A stretch of DNA of 45,110 nt from contig JAZRHT010000161.1 in the NCBI GenBank assembly GCA_045644905.1, positions 1-45,110 on the forward strand. The letters are read 5' to 3'. Source of the DNA: Oscillospiraceae bacterium (GTDB lineage Bacteria; Bacillota; Clostridia; Oscillospirales; Ruminococcaceae). A program made the translations under genes and the position numbers. The notes beneath the pieces were generated by a model. It did no database searches. It was given only the letters and a program-made list of their open reading frames with translations, and had not been told where the DNA came from. Position 1 is the first letter of the stretch. Every line of letters begins with the position of its first letter. This document shows, piece by piece, positions 8,504 to 15,923 of the stretch.

Positions 8504-9172
8504 TTACTCATATTTTATAATACTAAAATGATTTTTATTCGCAGTTATTATTCCGTCGCGGCGAAGTTTACTGATTTCGGCAGACATTGCGCTTCGCTCC
8601 ACGCCGAGGTAATCAGCAAGCCTTTGTCGGTCAAGCGGAATATCAAACTCATTCTTCCCTGCCTTTTTAGACTCAGAAAGAAGATAGGCCATAATTTTTT
8701 CTCTTGTTGTGCGTTTAGAAAGAAGATTTATTTTCGCACGCAGAATAAGATTTTTCTGCGCAATAATATGTAATAGATTCTTAAGTATTGTGCTGTGGTA
8801 GGTAGAATTTACAAGCCTATCTCCCATTATTCCCTTGCAATCGAAAAACAGTATTATAGTGTTTTCCGCCGCATAAATTCCGACTGGAAGGGTTTCTGCC
8901 TCGGTGCAGCAGAGTGCTTCACCGAACATCTGACCTGTATAAAGCGTTTGAAGCAGGCTTCTGTTGCCGTGGTAATCCTCTTTTCGAAGCTCTGCACTTC
9001 CCTTTAAGATTATTCCCGCAACCTTAACCGGTTCGCCTTCACGGAAAATGGGCTCATTCTTTTGAAATTCTGTTACTTTTGCGCCCATCAAATCAAGAGC
9101 CTCTGGAATGTCATCAAATTTTATATTAGAAAATAAAGATACCTTGCTAATAAGGTCTATATATTTTTGCAT
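8504..9172 (-). CDS. Crp/Fnr family transcriptional regulator
   Basis: N-terminal cNMP-binding-like beta-roll (IFREGEPVKVAGIILKGSAEL) and a C-terminal HTH (RQRLADYLGVERSAMSAEISKLRRDGII). Confidence 0.85.
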   Translation of the reverse strand: MQKYIDLISKVSLFSNIKFDDIPEALDLMGAKVTEFQKNEPIFREGEPVKVAGIILKGSAELRKEDYHGNRSLLQTLYTGQMFGEALCCTEAETLPVGIYAAENTIILFFDCKGIMGDRLVNSTYHSTILKNLLHIIAQKNLILRAKINLLSKRTTREKIMAYLLSESKKAGKNEFDIPLDRQRLADYLGVERSAMSAEISKLRRDGIITANKNHFSIIKYE

Positions 9173-9271
9173 ATTATCCCCCTTGTTGGAAATCCAACAT
9201 AGTTTATATTCAGATTATAATACAAAAAAATAGATTGGTCAAGTGCGAACAAAATAACGAAATACGTAAAC

Positions 9272-9300
9272 AAAAAAGAGCCTGCAAACGCAGGCTCTTT
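9272..9300 (-). terminator. Intrinsic terminator after the FGGY kinase gene
   Basis: Stem agagcctgc / gcaggctct with loop aaac. On the minus strand it is followed by TTTTTT. Confidence 0.75.
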
Positions 9301-9304
9301 AATT

Positions 9305-10744
9305 TTATGCCCAGAGTTTCTTTTCGATTTCTCTGAATTTAGCATATTTTTTATTGTAGGCATCTTGTCTCTCGGAAGGCTCGTAAACCTTTATAACTTC
9401 GAGAGGCTCGAGATTTTCGCCTATTGCCTTAGCGGCGAGCATTGCTGCTCCTGCGCCTGCGGCTTCGGGAGTTTTGGGGATTGCGATTTTAAGACCCGTT
9501 ACATCTGCGATTATCTGGCTCCAAAGCTCACTATTTGCTCCACCACCGAAAATAATCAGAGTGTGAACGTTTCCATAAGCTTCCATAGCCTCTAAGATAA
9601 CTCTTATCTGGAAAGCAATGCCCTCCATAACTGCAAGAGCAAAGTTTCCCCTATTTGTTGCAAGGCCTATTCCGTAGAAAACGCCCGTAGAATCGGGATA
9701 AAAATCGGGATCGCCCGCTCCGCTTAAATGAGGATAGAAAAGAAGCGAGCTTCCTCTCTCCAAAGCAGCTAATGCTTCCTCATCAATAAGTCTGTACTTT
9801 TCACCCTTAAAGAACTGGTCACGAACCCATCTTAGGCAGGTTCCTGCTGTGCCGATAACACCTTCAGTTACAAATGCGTTATCCTCAACATATCCGCACC
9901 AGCTAACACCGTGATTTTCCTCGGTTTTAGCCTCGCTCCAACGTTTTTCAATAGCGGTTGCAGTACCGAGCGAGATAGTCATAATTCCATCCCTAAGGCC
10001 TGCCGCAAGAGCGGCACACTTCTGATCCTGCGCACCAATAGAAACGATACACTCCTCACTTACTCCGAGAAGCTTTGCAGCCTCAGGAAGAACCTTGCCG
10101 ACATTTTTGCCCGCATAGGTTATTTCGGGAAGTCTTTCTTCCTCAATGCCATAAAAATCAAGAAATTCCTTGTACCAGCAGAAATTCTTTAAGTCGTAAA
10201 GCAAGGTTCCCGATGCCATGCTGTAATCGGTTGCGCATTTTCCCGTAAGCTTAGCTATAAGGAAATCCATAGGCATCAAGAATTTATATGCTGATTTAAA
10301 AATTTCGGGCTGATGCTTTTTAAGCCACATAAGTTTGGGAAGTGTGTATGTAGTTGTTGCAGGCTTACCCATAACCTCGCAGATTTTTTCATTGCCGAAA
10401 TCCTTAACAATTTCGTCGACCTCTGCGCCCGTTCTATTATCAAGCCAGCTAATTGCATTGCAAAGAGGCTTGAAGTTCTTATCAACGGGAACAAGGGTTT
10501 CGGACTGCGAAGAAATGGAAATGGCACGAATTTCTTCTGCCTTAACATTAGACTGAGCGATGGCATTTTGTGAGGTGCGAACCATAAGCTCCCACCAAAG
10601 CTCTGCGTCCTGCTCTACCCAATCCTCACGAGGAGTTATAAGACCATATTCTTCATAGGACGAGGACAGCTCGCAGAGTTTTTCATCAAATAAAATACTG
10701 CGGCATCCGGTTGTTCCTAAATCAACTGCCAAATAAACAGACAC
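9305..10744 (-). CDS. FGGY-family carbohydrate kinase (xylulokinase/ketose kinase-like; substrate unknown)
   Basis: N-terminal VDLGTTGCRSILFD and C-terminal FGGGANSELWSQIIADVTG, both FGGY signatures. Confidence 0.85.
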   Translation of the reverse strand: MSVYLAVDLGTTGCRSILFDEKLCELSSSYEEYGLITPREDWVEQDAELWWELMVRTSQNAIAQSNVKAEEIRAISISSQSETLVPVDKNFKPLCNAISWLDNRTGAEVDEIVKDFGNEKICEVMGKPATTTYTLPKLMWLKKHQPEIFKSAYKFLMPMDFLIAKLTGKCATDYSMASGTLLYDLKNFCWYKEFLDFYGIEEERLPEITYAGKNVGKVLPEAAKLLGVSEECIVSIGAQDQKCAALAAGLRDGIMTISLGTATAIEKRWSEAKTEENHGVSWCGYVEDNAFVTEGVIGTAGTCLRWVRDQFFKGEKYRLIDEEALAALERGSSLLFYPHLSGAGDPDFYPDSTGVFYGIGLATNRGNFALAVMEGIAFQIRVILEAMEAYGNVHTLIIFGGGANSELWSQIIADVTGLKIAIPKTPEAAGAGAAMLAAKAIGENLEPLEVIKVYEPSERQDAYNKKYAKFREIEKKLWA

Positions 10745-10774
10745 TGTTATTTCTCACTTTCGTAAAAAATTAGT

Positions 10775-11398
10775 TTATCTCTTTTTAAGCTGGAGATCAA
10801 ATCTCTCGTCGTAAGCAACTTCTTCGTCAGTGAACTTGCGGAGAGTGTTGATAACCTCGCCGTTGTTCCACTTTCTATCCTCAACGTCCTCAGTTGTACC
10901 CATAACGGTTACGTTGAGCTGACGGCGACGTGCACGAACGTGGTCCCAGTCAATGAAATAGATGTGAGCAAACTCACCACCGTCAAGGATACCATCCTTA
11001 ATGGTCATGGTTTCGCTTCTGCCAAAGAATACGCTGCGGAGGTGTCCGTCAGTGTTCATGCTGGTGTAGTTACCGGGCTCTTTAACATAGCGGCCAAACT
11101 GAGCGTGGATGGGGCCGGGATGACGATAATCGCCCTCATCGGTGTAGTCAGGGATGAGGTTACGCATAATGTCGAGAAGGTCGTGCTGTAAGTACTCGAG
11201 GTCGAAAGTATCGATATCGTGAGAGCACTCCTGAATCATAACAGAGCAGGTTGTGTGATGGGAAGCGATGCAGACAGTTCCGTTCTTAACGCCGGAAGCC
11301 TTAACGATTTCCATAATCTCCTTGGAAACATCGTGGAAGGTGGGAATCCAACCGCGAGACTGAAGTTCTAACTCTTTTTGAAATACTTTAAATTCCAT
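10775..11398 (-). CDS. UPF0047/YjbQ-family protein with a roughly 45-aa C-terminal extension
   Basis: YjbQ-like pattern: SRGWIPTFHDVSKEI...GTVCIASHHTTCSVMIQE...GHLRSVFFGRSETMTIKDGILDGGEFAHIYFIDWD. The start is set to ATG 11398, which has GGAGGA 7 nt upstream. The track start is a TTG that overlaps that RBS. Confidence 0.7.
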   Translation of the reverse strand: MEFKVFQKELELQSRGWIPTFHDVSKEIMEIVKASGVKNGTVCIASHHTTCSVMIQECSHDIDTFDLEYLQHDLLDIMRNLIPDYTDEGDYRHPGPIHAQFGRYVKEPGNYTSMNTDGHLRSVFFGRSETMTIKDGILDGGEFAHIYFIDWDHVRARRRQLNVTVMGTTEDVEDRKWNNGEVINTLRKFTDEEVAYDERFDLQLKKR

Positions 11399-11434
11399 TT
11401 TCTTTTCCTCCAAAAATAATTTGATAATAATAAT

Positions 11435-12136
11435 TTATTTATGACGCTCGTCGTACGCACGGCGTACAGCAGCGATCATTTCGTCTACCATTGCGGCTCT
11501 GTCCTCTGCTTTTGCGATACCCGAGGAAGAACCAGTTGCGTCAGCGCCCGAAATAATGGTGTTGTAAACGTCCTCGCCATTGGAGATACCAGCAGCGGTG
11601 AGAACTAAGATTTCGGGGTTTACGTCCTTAACGGACTTTGTTGCAGCCTCAACATACTCTGTACCAACGCTGACACCTGTTCCGATAAGCTCGGAAGGCT
11701 CTGCAACGATGATATCGGGATTTAAGGTTGCAATTTTGCTTGCATCTGCAAGAGAATCGGCACAAACGATAGTTGTAAGGCCAACTTCGTCTGCACGAGC
11801 GATAGTTTCTTTGAGAACCTCAAAATCGAGAGGCTTCTCGCAGTGATTGAGCATAACTCCGTCTGCCCCTGCGGCAACTAAGGACTCGGGAAGTGTGTCA
11901 GCAAGTCCACGACCGGGATAGATGGGGTCCATGTGAGGAGCATACACGTGAATGTTCTTGGTATTCTCCTTGACTCTTCTGATATCTACAACGGGAGTTG
12001 TAAAAATAATATTTACATCGTATTTCTCGGCGGCTTTGTCTGCTGCAAGAGCAAGCTCTAAAACCTCGTCACCATAAAGATACGACTTGGGGCCGATCTC
12101 AAAAAAGGGCACTTGAATTTTTCTTTTTTCTGCCAA
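11435..12136 (-). CDS. Triosephosphate isomerase-family protein, archaeal-type (short, about 233 aa)
   Basis: TIM catalytic-position motifs as I recall them: Lys in EIGPKSY, His/Glu in MLNHCEK, and the Glu loop VAEPSELIGTG (archaeal TIM has EPPELIGTG). TTG start with AGGAGA 7 nt upstream. Confidence 0.7.
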   Translation of the reverse strand: MAEKRKIQVPFFEIGPKSYLYGDEVLELALAADKAAEKYDVNIIFTTPVVDIRRVKENTKNIHVYAPHMDPIYPGRGLADTLPESLVAAGADGVMLNHCEKPLDFEVLKETIARADEVGLTTIVCADSLADASKIATLNPDIIVAEPSELIGTGVSVGTEYVEAATKSVKDVNPEILVLTAAGISNGEDVYNTIISGADATGSSSGIAKAEDRAAMVDEMIAAVRRAYDERHK

Positions 12137-12173
12137 AAAAATCTCCTTCTTTCGTCATATTTTTTCACATTAA

Positions 12174-12202
12174 ATTATACTTTAAATTTCCAAATCATTC
12201 AA
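12174..12202 (-). promoter_or_regulatory. Sigma-A-type promoter for the TIM-like / UPF0047 / FGGY kinase operon
   Basis: On the minus strand: TTGAAT, 17 nt, TATAAT. Confidence 0.6.
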
Positions 12203-12296
12203 TATATTTTTTAAATGTTTTTTAAAAAAACATCTCTTTCGTTATTTAGCACAAAAACGAGCCTATTTTTTAGTAAATACTTGTTACATTTGCAAC

Positions 12297-12325
12297 TTGA
12301 AAACATGTTTATAAAATTTTATTAT
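12297..12325 (+). promoter_or_regulatory. Sigma-A-type promoter for the SIS / epimerase operon
   Basis: TTGAAA, 17 nt, TATTAT, about 40 nt upstream of the ATG at 12366. Confidence 0.5.
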
Positions 12326-12365
12326 TATATAAGGTAATAAAATAATTTAAAAGTGAGGATTTTTT

Positions 12366-12977
12366 ATGATTAGTAATGAAGCTTTAGCTGCTGCAAAAGC
12401 AGCATACGATATTGAGGCTCAGTGCATAGTCGAAATGAAAGACTATCTTGACGAGGCAGAATTTTCTAAGGCTGTTGAGCTCCTTAGCTCTGCCGAGCGC
12501 ATCGGCGCCGCAGGCTGCGGACACTCAGGAATCGCTTGCCAGCACTTCTGTCACCTTATGTGCTGCATTGAGAGACCCGCTAGATTTATCTCTCCTGCCG
12601 AGGCAGTTCACGGCGCTACAGGTTATCTGCAGAAGGATGACGTTATGGTTTTTGCATCCCGTGGTGGAAGCACAAGAGAACTCTTCCCCATTGTTGATAT
12701 ATGCAAGGCAAAGGGTGTAAAGATTATCACCATTACAGAGAATTTAGAGTCTCCTCTTGCCGAAGCTGCTGACGTTGTTATCAAGCAGCACGTAAATCGC
12801 GAGACAGACAAATTCAATATGCAGGGCACTACAAGTACAACCGCACTTTGCATGCTCTTCCACGCTCTTCAGACCGCTGTTATTGAGGAAACCGGTTATC
12901 AGAAAGAACAGTTTGCTCTTATTCATCCCGGCGGAGCAGTTGGAAAAAGACTTAACAATAAGGAGATTTTAAAATGA
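12366..12977 (+). CDS. SIS-domain sugar-phosphate isomerase (6-phospho-3-hexuloisomerase-like)
   Basis: The SIS nucleotide/sugar-phosphate motif region IGAAGCGHSGIACQHF and a single SIS-domain size (203 aa). RBS GAGGA lies 7 nt upstream. Confidence 0.75.
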   Translation: MISNEALAAAKAAYDIEAQCIVEMKDYLDEAEFSKAVELLSSAERIGAAGCGHSGIACQHFCHLMCCIERPARFISPAEAVHGATGYLQKDDVMVFASRGGSTRELFPIVDICKAKGVKIITITENLESPLAEAADVVIKQHVNRETDKFNMQGTTSTTALCMLFHALQTAVIEETGYQKEQFALIHPGGAVGKRLNNKEILK

Positions 12978-13624
12978 GAATCCTCTCCCCTTCAATTCTT
13001 GCAGCTAATTCCTTAGACCTTGGAAATGACATAAAAAAAACCGAGCAGAACGGCGTTAAGTGGATACATATCGATTGTATGGACGGCGCCTTTGTTCCCA
13101 ACCTTTCTTTCGGCTATTCCATTGTTTCGGATATCAGAAAAATCACTGATATGGTCCTCGATGTTCATCTTATGATAAAAGAGCCTATCCGTTACGTCGA
13201 GAACTTCTGCAAGGCTGGTGCAGACTATCTTACAATTCACATTGAGGCAGATACCCTCGAAAACACCAAAGAGGCTATAAAAAAGATTAAGGAAATGGGC
13301 GTTAAGGCAGGCATTTCTATTAAGCCAGCAACCGACCTCTCCGCCATCGAGCCTATTATTAAAGACCTTGACTTAGTTCTTGTTATGACAGTTGAGCCCG
13401 GCTTTGGCGGACAAAAGTTTATGGCTGATATGATGCCCAAGCTCAAGGCTATCAGAGAAAGACTCAACGAAGTTAATCCCGAATGTAGACTCGAGGTTGA
13501 CGGCGGAGTTGATCTTGTTACAGGTAAAATCTGCAAGGAAAACGGCGCAGACACCTTTGTTGCAGGCTCTGCTTACTACAAGGCCGAGGACAAAGCCGCA
13601 TTCCTTAAAGAAATGGAAGCCTAA
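12974..13624 (+). CDS. Pentose/hexose-phosphate 3-epimerase (ribulose-phosphate 3-epimerase family)
   Basis: SPSILAA...IHIDCMDGAFVPNLSFG...DVHLM...VMTVEPGFGGQKF are the family signatures. ATGA overlap with the SIS stop codon, and AGGAGA upstream. It may be a paralogue of housekeeping rpe, so I give no symbol. Confidence 0.85.
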   Translation: MRILSPSILAANSLDLGNDIKKTEQNGVKWIHIDCMDGAFVPNLSFGYSIVSDIRKITDMVLDVHLMIKEPIRYVENFCKAGADYLTIHIEADTLENTKEAIKKIKEMGVKAGISIKPATDLSAIEPIIKDLDLVLVMTVEPGFGGQKFMADMMPKLKAIRERLNEVNPECRLEVDGGVDLVTGKICKENGADTFVAGSAYYKAEDKAAFLKEMEA

Positions 13625-13640
13625 ATTAAGTTTAAAACAC

Positions 13641-13675
13641 AAAAACCGCAGACTTTCGTCTGCGGTTTTTATTTT
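13641..13675. terminator. Bidirectional intrinsic terminator between convergent genes
   Basis: Stem accgcagac / gtctgcggt with loop tttc, flanked by AAAAA and TTTTTATTTT. Confidence 0.8.
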
Positions 13676-13676
13676 G

Positions 13677-15743
13677 TTATTCGTCTATATTTGCCTTATT
13701 GTCGGCAATAACCTTTTCTTCAAGCATTGAAGGAAGCTGTTCGTAGCGTTCAAATACCATCTCAAAGCTTCCCTTGCCCTGAGTTACGGAGCGAAGGACG
13801 GTTGTGAAGTCGTCGGTTTCTGACATAGGAACCTCAGCCTCGATTTCACTCATACCGCGTCCGATAGGATTCATACCTAAAACTCTGCCGCGGCGCTTAT
13901 TTAAGTCGCCCATAATGTCGCCCGTGTTAGCCTCTGGAACCTTTGCGGTTAATTTGACGATAGGCTCTAAGAGGACGGGATTGGCTTCTGCCATTGCATT
14001 TTTGTAAGCAACGTTAGCTGCGAGCTTAAAGGACATTTCGGAGGAGTCAACGGGGTGGTAGGATCCGTCAACAAGTGTGGCTTTTACACCCACCATAGGA
14101 TAGCCTGCCTTAAAGCCCTTTGCCATACTATCGCGAAGACCCTTTTCAACGGCGGGGAAGAAATTCTTGGGAACAGCGCCGCCGAATACCTTCTCCTCAA
14201 ATATCATATCCTCGCCCTCACAAGGCTCAAATTCAATCCAAACATCGCCATACTGACCGTGTCCGCCCGATTGTTTCTTATATTTGCCCTGAACCTTAAC
14301 CTTTTTCTTGATAGTTTCACGGTAAGGAACTCTTGCTTTTTCTAAGACAACCTCAAGTCCGAACTTGGATTTAAGCTTGGAAACGACAACATCAAGATGC
14401 TGCTCACCGAGACCCGAAATAACCTGCTGACGAGTTTCGGGGTTAGTTGCAAAAACGAGGGTGGGGTCTTCCTCGCGAAGTCTCTGAATGCTCTGAGAAA
14501 TCTTGCCTTCATCACCCTTGTTCTTGGGTACTACGGCCTGACTGAGTGTAGGATTAGGGAATGCAAGAGGCTTAGCCTTAAACTGACGTGAAGCAGCGCA
14601 GAGGCAGTCACCCGTTGCAGTTGTAGCAAGCTTAGCAACGGCGCCTATATCGCCTGCCGTGATGGTTTTAACATCTTCTTGCTTCTTGCCCTTAATGTAA
14701 ACGAGTTTGCCGATTTTCTCGGTTTGACCCGTTGTTGTGTTTACAAGGGTATCGTCACTTGAAATTTTACCTGCGAGAACCTTGAAATACGAGAGCTTAC
14801 CGACGAAGGGGTCGGCAACTGTTTTAAATATGTGAACAACTGCAGGAGCAGCTTCATCACAAGGAATTTCAACCTCATTACCCTCTTTATCAAATGCAAA
14901 TTCCTTTTTATCCTTGGGAGAAGGCGCATAATGCTTTATTGCATAGAGGAACATATCAATTGCCGAGAGGAAAAGTGCGCTTCCGCAGAAAACGGGAGCA
15001 ACCTTGCCCGAGCAAACGCCCTTACGAAGTCCTTTGATGATTTCCTCATCGGTAAATGACTCGCCTGCAAAATATTTTTCCATAAGCTCATCGTCCGACT
15101 CTGCGACTGTTTCAACAAGCATATCGTGTGCTTCCTGTAAAAATGCATCCTCAGGAACGGGAGTTTCGGTTTCATTTCCCTTATCGTCATAAGCGAAGGC
15201 CTTATGCTTTGCTATGTCTATGTAGCACTCAACGTGCCCTTCTTTTCCGTGCGGCACGACAACGGGACAAACGGCGTGTCCGTAAAGCTCACGAAGCTCG
15301 CCATAAACCTTCATAAAGTTTGCGCTTTCGCGGTCAAGCTTAGATATAAAGAACATAACAGATTTGCCTTGTGCCTGAGCGATATCCCAAGCTCTTTGTG
15401 CGCCGACTGTTACGCCTGATTTACCCGAAAGCTCTATAATAACGGTGTCCGATGCGGCGATGCCCTCAATAACACCGGCTTCAAAATCGAATGCGCCCGG
15501 AGTGTCAATTAGATTTACTTTACAATCCTTCCACTCGTAAGGAGCAAGAGCTGACAGAACAGAAGTTTTTCTCTTGATTTCTTCTGCATCAAAGTCACAC
15601 ACTGTATTTCCATCAGAAATTTTTCCGAATCTATCGGTTGCTCCTGCTTTAAAAAGCAGAGCCTCCGCTAAAGTGGTCTTTCCGCTTCCACCGTGACCGG
15701 CTAAAGCTATGTTTCTGATGTTTTCGGTCGAATACTGTTTCAT
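13677..15743 (-). CDS. Elongation factor G-family translational GTPase (stand-alone EF-G paralogue)
   Basis: 688 aa. G1 is AGHGGSGKTT, G3 is DTPG, and G4 reads SKLD instead of NKxD. EF-G domain II-V-like sequence runs to the C-terminus. It is not next to rpsL/rpsG/tuf. Confidence 0.8.
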   Translation of the reverse strand: MKQYSTENIRNIALAGHGGSGKTTLAEALLFKAGATDRFGKISDGNTVCDFDAEEIKRKTSVLSALAPYEWKDCKVNLIDTPGAFDFEAGVIEGIAASDTVIIELSGKSGVTVGAQRAWDIAQAQGKSVMFFISKLDRESANFMKVYGELRELYGHAVCPVVVPHGKEGHVECYIDIAKHKAFAYDDKGNETETPVPEDAFLQEAHDMLVETVAESDDELMEKYFAGESFTDEEIIKGLRKGVCSGKVAPVFCGSALFLSAIDMFLYAIKHYAPSPKDKKEFAFDKEGNEVEIPCDEAAPAVVHIFKTVADPFVGKLSYFKVLAGKISSDDTLVNTTTGQTEKIGKLVYIKGKKQEDVKTITAGDIGAVAKLATTATGDCLCAASRQFKAKPLAFPNPTLSQAVVPKNKGDEGKISQSIQRLREEDPTLVFATNPETRQQVISGLGEQHLDVVVSKLKSKFGLEVVLEKARVPYRETIKKKVKVQGKYKKQSGGHGQYGDVWIEFEPCEGEDMIFEEKVFGGAVPKNFFPAVEKGLRDSMAKGFKAGYPMVGVKATLVDGSYHPVDSSEMSFKLAANVAYKNAMAEANPVLLEPIVKLTAKVPEANTGDIMGDLNKRRGRVLGMNPIGRGMSEIEAEVPMSETDDFTTVLRSVTQGKGSFEMVFERYEQLPSMLEEKVIADNKANIDE

Positions 15744-15867
15744 TGCTATCTACGCTCCTTATTTGGTAAAAATGATAAAAATTGCTAACATTTAGAATAT
15801 TTTTTATGCAATTTTCTATATTATACTATACAATTTACCATATTTCAATATAAACTTTAGATTTTTA

Positions 15868-15908
15868 TAAAAAAAGTTGCCCTACCGATTTATATGAATC
15901 GGTAGGGC
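15868..15908 (-). terminator. Intrinsic terminator after the large membrane protein gene
   Basis: 12-bp stem gccctaccgatt (15879-15890) / aatcggtagggc (15897-15908). On the minus strand it is followed by a T-run. Confidence 0.8.
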
Positions 15909-15923
15909 TTAAAATGTACTAAT

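Noticed and set aside
8384-8773. 129-aa plus-strand ORF spanning the citrate synthase promoter and the Crp/Fnr gene
   Set aside because: It crosses a promoter, a terminator and the antisense strand of a well-supported regulator gene, and its composition is low-complexity.
12281-12298. Possible Rex operator TTGTTACATTTGCAACTT upstream of the SIS/epimerase promoter
   Set aside because: By eye it matches the TTGTTAA-N4-TTAACAA-type consensus at only about 10 of 14 positions, and the right half-site is poor. That is not enough to call without a scored genome-wide scan.
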